Origin: Campylobacterota bacterium
GTDB taxonomy: Bacteria > Campylobacterota > Campylobacteria > Campylobacterales > Sulfurimonadaceae
Reading direction: 5' to 3'
Assembly (NCBI GenBank): GCA_034661055.1
Contig: JAYEKO010000014.1
Coordinates: 1 to 24,216 of the forward strand
DNA length: 24,216 nucleotides
Part shown: positions 9,550-18,534 of the stretch, piece after piece
How the letters are laid out: each line of letters starts with the position of its first letter
How positions within the stretch are numbered: the first letter of the stretch is position 1
The notes under the pieces: model-generated
Told to the model about the DNA's origin: nothing
Seen by the model: only the letters and a program-made list of their open reading frames with translations
Database searches by the model: none
Made by a program: the position numbers and the translations under genes

Positions 9550-9855
9550 TTATGCTTTTATATCTAAGAGCGATCCAAACATATCGTCTTTGACTTTAAT
9601 AGCACTAACATTAGCTTCTAGAGTTCTCTCAATATTAACCTGATCTGTCAACTCTTTACTAAGATCTGTCTGACTTTGTGAGGAAGCATCAATGCTCTCT
9701 TGTGAAAATGTTGCTTTGACTGCATCACCATTTTCATGCATTGTCGTACGTGCTGGAGCAAAACCTTCACTGTTTGTGTTGGCAATATTGGTTGCATTAA
9801 CATTCATGTAAGATTGATGTGCCTGTATTGAAGAGGTGTTTGATGATACATTCAT
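9550..9855 (-). CDS. Minimal flagellar rod/hook-family protein (terminal D0 segments only)
   Basis: ATNIANTNSEGF mirrors the ANNIANxNTxGF motif of FlgF/FlgG; C-terminal TDLSKELTDQ...EANVSAIKVKDDMFGSLLDIKA matches the rod C-terminal helix; AAGGAG RBS. Confidence 0.8.
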   Translation of the reverse strand: MNVSSNTSSIQAHQSYMNVNATNIANTNSEGFAPARTTMHENGDAVKATFSQESIDASSQSQTDLSKELTDQVNIERTLEANVSAIKVKDDMFGSLLDIKA

Positions 9856-9882
9856 GATAGCTGCTCCTTAATGTTTTAATCC

Positions 9883-9888
9883 ATTATA
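9883..9888 (-). promoter_or_regulatory. Putative sigma70 -10 box for the mini rod-like gene
   Basis: TATAAT on the minus strand 27 nt upstream of the ATG. Confidence 0.5.
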
Positions 9889-9924
9889 GAGCAACTAGAC
9901 TTATTGCAAGATTAGTAAATAAAA

Positions 9925-11121
9925 CTAGTGTAAATCACTATTTAGTTTAATTTCACGAGTTGAGCGGTTTACTATAATCTCACCGGTAAGCGAGTTCTGA
10001 CGGAAATGAAGACCATTAAGTCCTGCTAAATCTTTTCCTTTAAACAGTTCACCCTCAATTGTTATTCTAGGGTTTGCTTCATTAATTTTAGCAAGTTGCT
10101 CTGGATAGATACCGACTTTAGTACCTTCTAAAATAGCAAGACCTGCATCAATAATACATGCATCGCCAAGAGGAATACCACATACCGAGTTTGCACCCAA
10201 AAGTGAGTTTTTACCCACAGAAATAGGGTTACCATCCGTTCCACTAAGTACACCTAAAATTGAAGCACCTCCACCAACATCACTACCATCACCAACAATA
10301 GCAGAGCTTGATATTCTTCCTTCAACCATGCTGACACCAGTAGTCCCAGCATTGAAGTTAATATAACTTGCACCTGGCATCACTGTTGTTCCTGCATGAA
10401 GTTGTGCACCAAAACGTACTTTTGAAGTCTCTAAAATACGTGTATTGTCTGCTGGAATGATGTGCTGTAAGAAACGTGGAAATTTATCTACAAAATCTAC
10501 ATGTGGATATTGATTTGAGAGTTTTAACTCAATCTCAAATTCACGTAACCAATCTAACTCAACTGGCTGACCGGCAGACCATGCAACATTTGGAAGTGCA
10601 CCAAATGCACCATTTAGATTAATTGAACGTAGTTCTACTTTTGCAAGTGAAATAGCATATAGTTTTAAGTATGTAGCTTCAACACTCTCACACGCTTCAT
10701 CATTAAAGATAAATACGGCACGAAATTCTCCTTCACGCATTCCTTCTTCTATTAATTGATTGTAAAGTGCTGAGATGACTTGAATATTTTTATGTGCACT
10801 ACCCACTGCTTCATCAGCATATGGCGTAAAGGCGTTAAGGCAAGACTCTAAAAATGTAAGATTGATGTGACATACTACTTCATTAGCACTACAGTCAACT
10901 TCAACACCTTGTTCTGCTAACGCTTCAATAAAAATTGCAGCACTGCCAAAATTTTCATTCCAGTTAATAAGTGGGTAGGTAGCTTGAAGCACTTTATCTA
11001 CATGTAATTGACCATAATCAACACGGCAGATACCAAATGCTAACGGGTCCTTGTAGTCTGGCTTTGCTTTAATACTCTCAATACACGCTTTAAATGCGTC
11101 AGTTGTTTCAATAATTTCCAT
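9925..11121 (-). CDS. dapD: Tetrahydrodipicolinate N-succinyltransferase, Campylobacterota type
   Basis: YLKLY, VDKFPR, VRFGAQL..GTTVM, YINFNAGT, MVEGRISS, DVGGGASILGVLSG, LLGANS, FRQNS. Confidence 0.94.
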   Translation of the reverse strand: MEIIETTDAFKACIESIKAKPDYKDPLAFGICRVDYGQLHVDKVLQATYPLINWNENFGSAAIFIEALAEQGVEVDCSANEVVCHINLTFLESCLNAFTPYADEAVGSAHKNIQVISALYNQLIEEGMREGEFRAVFIFNDEACESVEATYLKLYAISLAKVELRSINLNGAFGALPNVAWSAGQPVELDWLREFEIELKLSNQYPHVDFVDKFPRFLQHIIPADNTRILETSKVRFGAQLHAGTTVMPGASYINFNAGTTGVSMVEGRISSSAIVGDGSDVGGGASILGVLSGTDGNPISVGKNSLLGANSVCGIPLGDACIIDAGLAILEGTKVGIYPEQLAKINEANPRITIEGELFKGKDLAGLNGLHFRQNSLTGEIIVNRSTREIKLNSDLH

Positions 11122-11150
11122 TTAATTGTCTCTCTTTAATAGTTTGTGGA

Positions 11151-11159
11151 ATTTTAGCA
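11151..11159 (-). promoter_or_regulatory. Putative extended -10 promoter for dapD
   Basis: TGcTAAAAT on the minus strand about 30 nt upstream of the start. Confidence 0.55.
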
Positions 11160-11232
11160 TAAGAAGCTAATATTTAGTATTGCTTAAATAAATTTTTAAA
11201 CTTTAATTTATTCTAATGTAATAATAGAAGCG

Positions 11233-11241
11233 TGTTATACT
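11233..11241 (+). promoter_or_regulatory. Putative extended -10 promoter for the ankyrin gene
   Basis: TGtTATACT 30 nt upstream of the start. Confidence 0.5.
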
Positions 11242-11271
11242 CCCATTAACTATTAACTTGGAAATTATATT

Positions 11272-11766
11272 ATGACTACAAAATGGATTACACTTCTTCA
11301 AGACAATGACTATATAGGTGTTAAGCAGTACCTAAAAGAGGGTGCTGATATTAACGATTTAACGGAGACTGATGAGAATGTCATCTCTTGTGCGCTTCGA
11401 TATCGCTGTGATAATGACATCATAGAACTTTTAGTTAAAAATGGAGCTGATGTTAATGAATACGATAATGAAGGTGTTTCAGTTTTTGAATGTGCCATTA
11501 CCTATAACAATTTCAAATTTGTTGAGTATATGATTGAACGTGGAGTAGATATTAATGATACGAAACGAAGAAGTGGTTTTACGCCTCTAATGGCAGCAGC
11601 TTGCTATGGTCGCGTTGAGATGCTAGAACTCATTTTAAGTGCTGGAGCTGATGTCGAAAAATATGATAGAAAAGGTTACAATGCTTTTGATTATGCTAGA
11701 AAAATGCAAAAAAAATCTATAATTTCCAGACTAGAACAAGAGAATGATGAAACTACTCAATCTTAA
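11272..11766 (+). CDS. Ankyrin repeat protein
   Basis: Repeated L...GADIN/GADVN/GVDIN/GADVE units and GFTPLMAAACYGRVEMLELIL; about four repeats. Confidence 0.92.
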   Translation: MTTKWITLLQDNDYIGVKQYLKEGADINDLTETDENVISCALRYRCDNDIIELLVKNGADVNEYDNEGVSVFECAITYNNFKFVEYMIERGVDINDTKRRSGFTPLMAAACYGRVEMLELILSAGADVEKYDRKGYNAFDYARKMQKKSIISRLEQENDETTQS

Positions 11767-11881
11767 AAGTGTAGCTCTTATTTTCCATGCCGTTACTCTT
11801 CTTTAGAGGTTCAAAAGTTACTCTGTAGAATAGATATAGAGTAGCACTAACTACTAAACCCATTAATAAAATTGCTAACAT
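11753..11881 (-). CDS. Small single-pass membrane protein (42 aa), not in the ORF track
   Basis: GGAGGG RBS 7 nt before ATG; MLAILLMGLVVSATLYLFYRVTFEPLKKSNGMENKSYTFKIE*; ends overlapping the ankyrin 3' end by 14 nt. Confidence 0.62.
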   Translation of the reverse strand: MLAILLMGLVVSATLYLFYRVTFEPLKKSNGMENKSYTFKIE

Positions 11882-11932
11882 AATAGTACCCTCCGTCTTA
11901 AAGTGTTAGTAATAACATCGACTTATTTGAGG

Positions 11933-12415
11933 TTATCTGAAGTCTCTTTGTGTCTTATTAATAGCTTGATGCAGGTCTAAAATCTTGCCAGAAAACTCTT
12001 TTTGAAACGCTTTAGCATCATCTTGATCTTTAAATGCATATTTACTCACACGACTCATAGTTCCACGCTTTTTACTACCGACAACATAAAATGCCTGTGA
12101 TGCATCAATAAACTTAAGGCTTGTTACATCTACAACTTTGGGGTTTTTAAGGTCATTTCCATCATTTAAGTCTGCCACTAAACAGTGCAAAGAACAGTAC
12201 TGTCTCATCTCACCCTTATGCAGTGCAGCATGATTTGTTTTATAAAACTTTGGTAGTTTCATACCACATTTAACACAGAACATCTTATCTTTGTTTGTCT
12301 GTAATATTACCGCATCGTTGCGTTGGACACTTTGATACATAGAACTTTTTGTATTGGATGCACAACCCGTAAGCAGTGCTGCTACAATAACTCCTATAGA
12401 TATAGTAAGTTTCAT
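11933..12415 (-). CDS. NosL-family copper-binding lipoprotein
   Basis: Lipobox LLTGC; CVKCGM, YCSLHC, FIDASQAFYVVGS..RGTM...YAF...DAKAFQKEFSG are NosL-family motifs. Confidence 0.87.
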   Translation of the reverse strand: MKLTISIGVIVAALLTGCASNTKSSMYQSVQRNDAVILQTNKDKMFCVKCGMKLPKFYKTNHAALHKGEMRQYCSLHCLVADLNDGNDLKNPKVVDVTSLKFIDASQAFYVVGSKKRGTMSRVSKYAFKDQDDAKAFQKEFSGKILDLHQAINKTQRDFR

Positions 12416-14361
12416 TAATTTTCCTTTGTTAACTCTCTATTTTTTTCTAATAATGCCATAAATTCATCTTCAGGTACAGCTTTGGAGAAAAGATAACCTT
12501 GATAATAAGGGCAGCCCTTTTCTTCCAAATATTTAAGCTGCTCAACCGTTTCAATCCCTTCGGCAATAGTATGAAGATTAAGACTTTTTCCCATGGCAAT
12601 AATTGTATTTAAGATAATATCATCATTTGAATCTGAGGTTAAAACATCATCTACAAAACTTTTGTCAATTTTCAAAGAGTCAATAGAAAATTTTTGCAAA
12701 TAGGCTAGTGAAGAGTATCCTGTTCCAAAATCATCCATGCAGATATGCACATCAAGGCTTTTGAGCTTATCCATAATTTTAATGGCGTCGTTTAAATGCA
12801 GCATCATAATACTTTCGGTAATTTCAATGGCAAGCTTTGAGCCGTCAATACCACTCTCTTGAATTGCATCTCTAACATCTTCATACAAGTTTGCAAATTG
12901 AAATTGACGTGTTGAGACATTGAGAGATACATGTAAATCATCATACTTAAGTTTATCTAATCGTGAAATCATACGGCAAGCCTCTTCAATGACCCATTTG
13001 CCCAGCGGTAAGATAAAGCGTGTATTTTCAGCAATATGAATAAATTTATCAGGAAAAATCAGACCTTTTTGGGGGTGCTGCCAACGAATAAGAGCCTCAG
13101 CTCCAATCACCTTTCCACTTCTTACCTCAACCTTAGGTTGATAAAAAAGCTTAAATTCATGCTCTTTAAGAGCACGTTGCATATCATTAAATATGGCAAC
13201 TTCCTCATGAATTTTATGATCTAAAGCTTCAGTGAAAAAATTAAAGTTATCTCGTCCCTCTTCTTTAGCTTTATACATTGCAATATCAGAAAACTTCATT
13301 AACTCATTGATATCTCGTGAATCGTCTGGATAAATTGAGACTCCAATACTTGCTGAAAGTTGTAGGGTCTTATCTTTAATAAGCCAATCTGCTCGAAACA
13401 TCTCTAAGATTTTACTGATAGTTTGCTCAATAGCAGACATATTCTTTATGTCCGTCAAAATAATAATGAACTCATCGCCACCTATTCGTGAGATAAGGTC
13501 ATTGGCTCTTAGAGAACTTTTTAGATGCTGTGAGACCATTTTAAGTAGCTCATCACCAAAATCATGTCCTAACGTGTCATTAATATTTTTAAAGTGATCC
13601 AAATCTAAAAATAGTACTGCAAATTTACTCTTATACCGATTAGCATAACTGGTGATAACTTCAACTTGAGATTCCAAGTAGAGTCTATTTGGAAGGCCTG
13701 TGAGCGAGTCATGCAGTGATGTATGTTCTAGTTCACTATTAAGTTCTAAAATCTCTTGTTCACTCTGATTCAAAGTAACAGCATGTTCAATCTGAAGACG
13801 AATAATATAGCCTAAGACAAGTGCCTCAAGGATGACAAAAAGCCCATGTAGCAAAACAATATCAAAACCGCACCCATAATTAAATACCATAACCGGCATA
13901 TCAAAAAGCGAAATTTCATAAAGCTGTAGATAGTTGAAGACTACATGATGCAATATAGTAGTGACTGCCGCAACAAAAATAGGGATAACATCTTTGTAAA
14001 GTGTCAGTATAGCCATCGCAATAAAGATGTGGAAGTGCATCTCAATACGACCAAGATGCTGCTGAATATAGATTAGAGAAAAAAGCATCATCCCGATAGC
14101 GACAAGGTTGCGGAAAGTACTGGTACCTTTAAAGTATCGATACGCTACAAAAAGCGGTAGTGTTACTAATGCACCACCAACAAAGCCGTAAGCGTAAGTT
14201 TCATACATTATTGAGCTAATGAATGTTGAAATCAGCCACTGTAACACAAATAGTACCAACATCACCTTGTCAGATTGTAAAGAGTATTGGTAAAAACTAT
14301 TTTTAGAAAATTCCGGTACACGAGGATAAGTAAAAAGATGATCTAAGAAATCTGATTTCAT
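12415..14361 (-). CDS. Membrane-bound GGDEF-EAL diguanylate cyclase/phosphodiesterase with His-rich transmembrane N-terminus
   Basis: HDSLTGLPNR, DLDHFKNINDTLGHDFGD, RxxD I-site (RAND) plus GGDEF; EAL, DDFGTGYSSL, KIDKSF, EGIE, QGY; about six hydrophobic segments in aa 30-190. Confidence 0.94.
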   Translation of the reverse strand: MKSDFLDHLFTYPRVPEFSKNSFYQYSLQSDKVMLVLFVLQWLISTFISSIMYETYAYGFVGGALVTLPLFVAYRYFKGTSTFRNLVAIGMMLFSLIYIQQHLGRIEMHFHIFIAMAILTLYKDVIPIFVAAVTTILHHVVFNYLQLYEISLFDMPVMVFNYGCGFDIVLLHGLFVILEALVLGYIIRLQIEHAVTLNQSEQEILELNSELEHTSLHDSLTGLPNRLYLESQVEVITSYANRYKSKFAVLFLDLDHFKNINDTLGHDFGDELLKMVSQHLKSSLRANDLISRIGGDEFIIILTDIKNMSAIEQTISKILEMFRADWLIKDKTLQLSASIGVSIYPDDSRDINELMKFSDIAMYKAKEEGRDNFNFFTEALDHKIHEEVAIFNDMQRALKEHEFKLFYQPKVEVRSGKVIGAEALIRWQHPQKGLIFPDKFIHIAENTRFILPLGKWVIEEACRMISRLDKLKYDDLHVSLNVSTRQFQFANLYEDVRDAIQESGIDGSKLAIEITESIMMLHLNDAIKIMDKLKSLDVHICMDDFGTGYSSLAYLQKFSIDSLKIDKSFVDDVLTSDSNDDIILNTIIAMGKSLNLHTIAEGIETVEQLKYLEEKGCPYYQGYLFSKAVPEDEFMALLEKNRELTKEN

Positions 14362-14945
14362 TAATGTAACTCCGTTAGGGTAATAATATCATTTTTTAAC
14401 TCTTTTATATTTAAAGGATGAGTAGAATATATATTTTTTAGTACAAAAGAGTTATCTACTTTTTGTTCTAACAGGTAGATATAATCAGAATGATTCAGTT
14501 GTGTTACATCACTTAAACTTCTTGAATGAAACAGTAGAAATTCTCTTTCAATCGTTAAAATTTCTCGTCGACTCAAATAGACACCTTTAAAATTAACATT
14601 AAAAGCATTTGCAAATAAATTAGGTTGTTCTGTGTTAATTTCAGGTGTTAGGTTAATAAAGAAAATATCAACATCATCATGAATCACTTTAAAAGAGGGT
14701 GATTCATAAATAGCATCAAGATTTTCAAGCAGTGGAGTGCAGACATCGACACATCCAACATATCCAAACATCATAAGGACATATGGTTTTGTTGCAGAAT
14801 TCAAAAAAGGCGCAGAGACCTCTTTGTTAATAATAATTTTTCCTCCAGATCTGCTACTAAAAAAAATAGATTGAAGCAGTGGTATGCCAAGCAATAAGAG
14901 AGTAAATAGCAGTGTAGCCAGTACTCTTTTTTTATTCTCTAGCAA
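14361..14945 (-). CDS. SCO1/SenC-family copper chaperone
   Basis: N-terminal anchor, [12 protein letters not shown] (CxxxC) and NHSDYIYL (conserved His). Start uncertain: TTG at 14945 chosen over GTG at 14987 to limit overlap with trpB. Confidence 0.85.
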   Translation of the reverse strand: MLENKKRVLATLLFTLLLLGIPLLQSIFFSSRSGGKIIINKEVSAPFLNSATKPYVLMMFGYVGCVDVCTPLLENLDAIYESPSFKVIHDDVDIFFINLTPEINTEQPNLFANAFNVNFKGVYLSRREILTIEREFLLFHSRSLSDVTQLNHSDYIYLLEQKVDNSFVLKNIYSTHPLNIKELKNDIITLTELH

Positions 14946-16134
14946 AGTTTTGAGCAACGTAATCAATATCTTTATCACCACGTCCACTTAAATTAATAAG
15001 AATACTCTCACCTTTTTTGTCTTTAGCTAACTTCATAGCGTAAGCAACAGCATGTGCTGACTCGAGTGCTGGAATAATACCTTCAAGACGTGAAAGCATA
15101 TAAAACGCATCAATAGTCTCTTCATCTGTTGCCGTCGCTACAATAGTACGCTCTATCTCATTTAAGTGGGCATGCTCTGGTCCAACCGATGGATAGTCCA
15201 AACCTGAAGCAATGGAGTGAACAGGAGCAGGTTCTCCTTTGTCATCTTTAAGCATAATAGAATTAAAGCCGTGCATGACACCCTCGCTTCCAAAACTAAG
15301 TGATGCTGCATGTTCTCCAAGTTTAGTTGATTTTCCTAGAGGTTCAACAGCATAAAGTTTAGTGTAGTCATCTAAAAAACCACTAAAAAGTCCCATAGCA
15401 TTAGAGCCACCACCAACACATGCAACTGCATGGTCTGGAATACCACCTGTCATCTCAAAAAATTGCTCACGTGCTTCAATGCCCACAACACTCTGAAAAT
15501 CACGTACCATTTGAGGAAAAGGGTGAGGACCAACAACAGAACCAATAGCATAAAGCTGGCTTACTGGATCCTGCATGTAAGCACCAAATGCGGAATCTAC
15601 CGCCTCCTTTAAGGTACGTCCACCAAAGCTGACAGGAACAAGTTTTGCTCCTAAAATTTGCATACGTATAACATTAGGATGCTCTTTTTCTATATCGACT
15701 TCACCCATGTGAATCTCACATTCTAATCCAAAGCAAGCTGCTGCTGTTGCAAGTGCTACACCATGTTGTCCTGCACCCGTTTCTGCAATAATCTTGGTTT
15801 TACCCATCTCTTTTGCCAGTAGGGCTTCACCCATACAGTGATTTAGTTTATGGGCTCCTGTATGATTTAAATCTTCACGCTTTAGGTAAATTTGTGCGCC
15901 ACCAATATGGTCACTTAGACGCTGGGCGTGAAACACTGGGGTAGGACGACCTTGGTAATGTTTACGAATACGACGCAGTTCTGTAATAAAGCGATGTGAC
16001 TTACAGATATCTTTGTAAGCAGTCTCAATAGCTCTCATCTCTACTTCAAGCTCAGGAGGAATATAGGAACCTCCATACTTTCCAAAATAGCCTTTATCAT
16101 CAGGTTGGCTCTTTAGATATGGTTTTTGCATCAC
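14932..16134 (-). CDS. trpB: Tryptophan synthase beta chain (TrpB1-type), stand-alone
   Basis: [15 protein letters not shown] (PLP Lys), [51 protein letters not shown]. Confidence 0.96.
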   Translation of the reverse strand: MMQKPYLKSQPDDKGYFGKYGGSYIPPELEVEMRAIETAYKDICKSHRFITELRRIRKHYQGRPTPVFHAQRLSDHIGGAQIYLKREDLNHTGAHKLNHCMGEALLAKEMGKTKIIAETGAGQHGVALATAAACFGLECEIHMGEVDIEKEHPNVIRMQILGAKLVPVSFGGRTLKEAVDSAFGAYMQDPVSQLYAIGSVVGPHPFPQMVRDFQSVVGIEAREQFFEMTGGIPDHAVACVGGGSNAMGLFSGFLDDYTKLYAVEPLGKSTKLGEHAASLSFGSEGVMHGFNSIMLKDDKGEPAPVHSIASGLDYPSVGPEHAHLNEIERTIVATATDEETIDAFYMLSRLEGIIPALESAHAVAYAMKLAKDKKGESILINLSGRGDKDIDYVAQNFARE

Positions 16135-16868
16135 TTGCCCTTTATTTCATAATGTATATTCTTAGATACTAGTATATCTATAAATTGCTCAAAATAGTAT
16201 ATTACTTCATTAATATTATCTGATATTAAAGAGAGCTCTACGCTTGGAATGTTATTGCGTAGCATTGGAAGAGATGAGAGTTCAACAGAATTTGGAACAT
16301 CTTTCATTGCGTCAATGAGCGTATTCTCGCTGGTTTGAGCAATAAGTGTTTTACGATAGGTATCTGTACTATGAGCATAGAAAGTCTCTAAAGCCTCTTC
16401 AACCATAGTGTGTGCCATTTCAGGAAATCCAGGAACAAAGAAAAATCGATTCTGCAGATAAAATCCTGACATATTATTAATAGGATTTTTAAGAAGTTTA
16501 GAATCTTCAGGTATTTCTGCCATATGAATTCGATGCGGATAAGCCTCATCTGCAAAACGCTCAATAATATCTTTTTCAAACTCTTTATGCAGTACAGCAG
16601 GCTTGCATGTAAAAACTTGTGATGCCAACTCACGAGTCAAATCATCAGGAGTCGAGCCAATACCACCAAAGCTAAACATTACTGAGTTCTCATCTGCCTT
16701 AATCATTTTAAAGACACTGGTAATTAGAACAGGGTCATCTTTAATAATAAAAGAAGCAAACAGAGTATGCCCATACTTAGAAAGAGCCTCTTTTAAAAAT
16801 TCAAAATGTCTGTCCTGTCGCCTCCCGTTTAAAATTTCAGTACCAATAATAACCGCATAAAAGTTCAT
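16131..16868 (-). CDS. CinA-like molybdopterin-binding-domain protein (COG1058 type)
   Basis: IIGTEILNG...[24 protein letters not shown]; no PncC domain. Confidence 0.85.
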   Translation of the reverse strand: MNFYAVIIGTEILNGRRQDRHFEFLKEALSKYGHTLFASFIIKDDPVLITSVFKMIKADENSVMFSFGGIGSTPDDLTRELASQVFTCKPAVLHKEFEKDIIERFADEAYPHRIHMAEIPEDSKLLKNPINNMSGFYLQNRFFFVPGFPEMAHTMVEEALETFYAHSTDTYRKTLIAQTSENTLIDAMKDVPNSVELSSLPMLRNNIPSVELSLISDNINEVIYYFEQFIDILVSKNIHYEIKGK

Positions 16869-16908
16869 TTTATTCCAATATACATGTAATTTCCAAAATA
16901 TTAAAACT

Positions 16909-16921
16909 ATTATAGTAGAAT
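16909..16921. promoter_or_regulatory. Back-to-back putative -10 boxes
   Basis: TATAAT (minus, 16909-16914) for the cinA-like run and TAGAAT (plus, 16916-16921) for the acidic ORF. Confidence 0.45.
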
Positions 16922-16941
16922 TTCATCATTAAAGGAAAAAA

Positions 16942-17205
16942 ATGACTAATGCACAAAAACTATATAAGCTACTAGAAGAAGAGGTTATTGCTGATGTTGA
17001 AGACCATATTGATTACATCTATGACCTAATTGCTAATAAAAAAGCGACAGATGATGATAAAGATGACCTTAAAGAGGCTCAGATGATTTTAAAAGAGTTT
17101 AAAGCGACACTCACTGAGATTAATAATGGTGATTTGGATGAAAATGAGTGTTTAGAGCTTATTGAAGAGCTAGAAGAGATGCGTTCTTTAGAGGATGATG
17201 AATAA
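16942..17205 (+). CDS. Small, highly acidic hypothetical protein
   Basis: 87 aa, about one third Asp/Glu, helical pattern, AAGGA RBS. Confidence 0.8.
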   Translation: MTNAQKLYKLLEEEVIADVEDHIDYIYDLIANKKATDDDKDDLKEAQMILKEFKATLTEINNGDLDENECLELIEELEEMRSLEDDE

Positions 17206-17209
17206 AGAG

Positions 17210-17255
17210 TAGATTGCTTCACAATTGTCACCAAACGAAGTGACGTGGCAATCTA
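17210..17255. repeat. Nested imperfect hairpin between convergent genes (REP-like remnant or bidirectional terminator)
   Basis: TAGATTGC/GCAATCTA outer stem, CAC/GTG, and GTCAC/GTGAC inner stem around an 8-nt loop. Confidence 0.5.
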
Positions 17256-17292
17256 TGAGTAGAGAGGTGCTAGTTTTACAAAAATAGATTTT

Positions 17293-17952
<660 letters not shown>

Positions 17953-18534
17953 TTAAATTTTTGACTGAATGAAAGTCTGCATCTCATCTACAATTTCTTC
18001 AATAGTACGTTCACCATTAATTACATGTAAAATATCTTTAGCTGTGTAAAATGCTTGAATCTCTGCTAAAGGTTCTGTATAAACTTTCATACGATTATTA
18101 AATACTTCACTGTTATCATCAGCTCCACGAGCTCTACCTAAAACACGATCTCGCGCAACGTCTTCGCTCACTTTAACTTCAATAACATAGAGAAGTTTAA
18201 TGTCAGTCTGTGTTGTTAAATACTTGTCAAGTTCACTCATCTGCTCAATACTTCTAGGGTAACCATCTAGTACAATGTTTGCAGTAGGAGCAGATTTAAT
18301 CGCATTAATAATGGTCTTAATGGCTATTTCAATAGGTACAATATTACCTTTTGAGATGTAAGAGTCAATTAGTTTCCCCTGTTCACTATCACTAGCGACC
18401 TCTGCTCGAAGCATATCGCCAGTAGAGTAATGAGTAATGCTCTGTGGATTATTTTTGGCAATCAGTTCAGCATCGGTAGTTTTACCAGAGCCGGGAGCTC
18501 CAATAATTAAAAAGAGTTTTTTCTCAGTAGTCAC
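17953..18534 (-). CDS. adk: Adenylate kinase, short LID-less Campylobacterota type
   Basis: [40 protein letters not shown] start overlaps the aspS stop. Confidence 0.93.
   Translation of the reverse strand: MTTEKKLFLIIGAPGSGKTTDAELIAKNNPQSITHYSTGDMLRAEVASDSEQGKLIDSYISKGNIVPIEIAIKTIINAIKSAPTANIVLDGYPRSIEQMSELDKYLTTQTDIKLLYVIEVKVSEDVARDRVLGRARGADDNSEVFNNRMKVYTEPLAEIQAFYTAKDILHVINGERTIEEIVDEMQTFIQSKI

Noticed and set aside
11915..11941. Sigma28-like promoter (GTCGATGT) upstream of the 42-aa ORF
   Set aside because: The -35 match is poor and the spacing off-consensus; too weak to call.
11933..12415. Nitrous oxide reductase (nos) cluster
   Set aside because: Only a NosL-family gene is present; no nosZ, nosD, nosF or nosY in the window.
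17263..17270. AGAGGTGC resembling the start of a lysine riboswitch
   Set aside because: It lies between convergent 3' ends with no room for the aptamer and no downstream gene on that strand.
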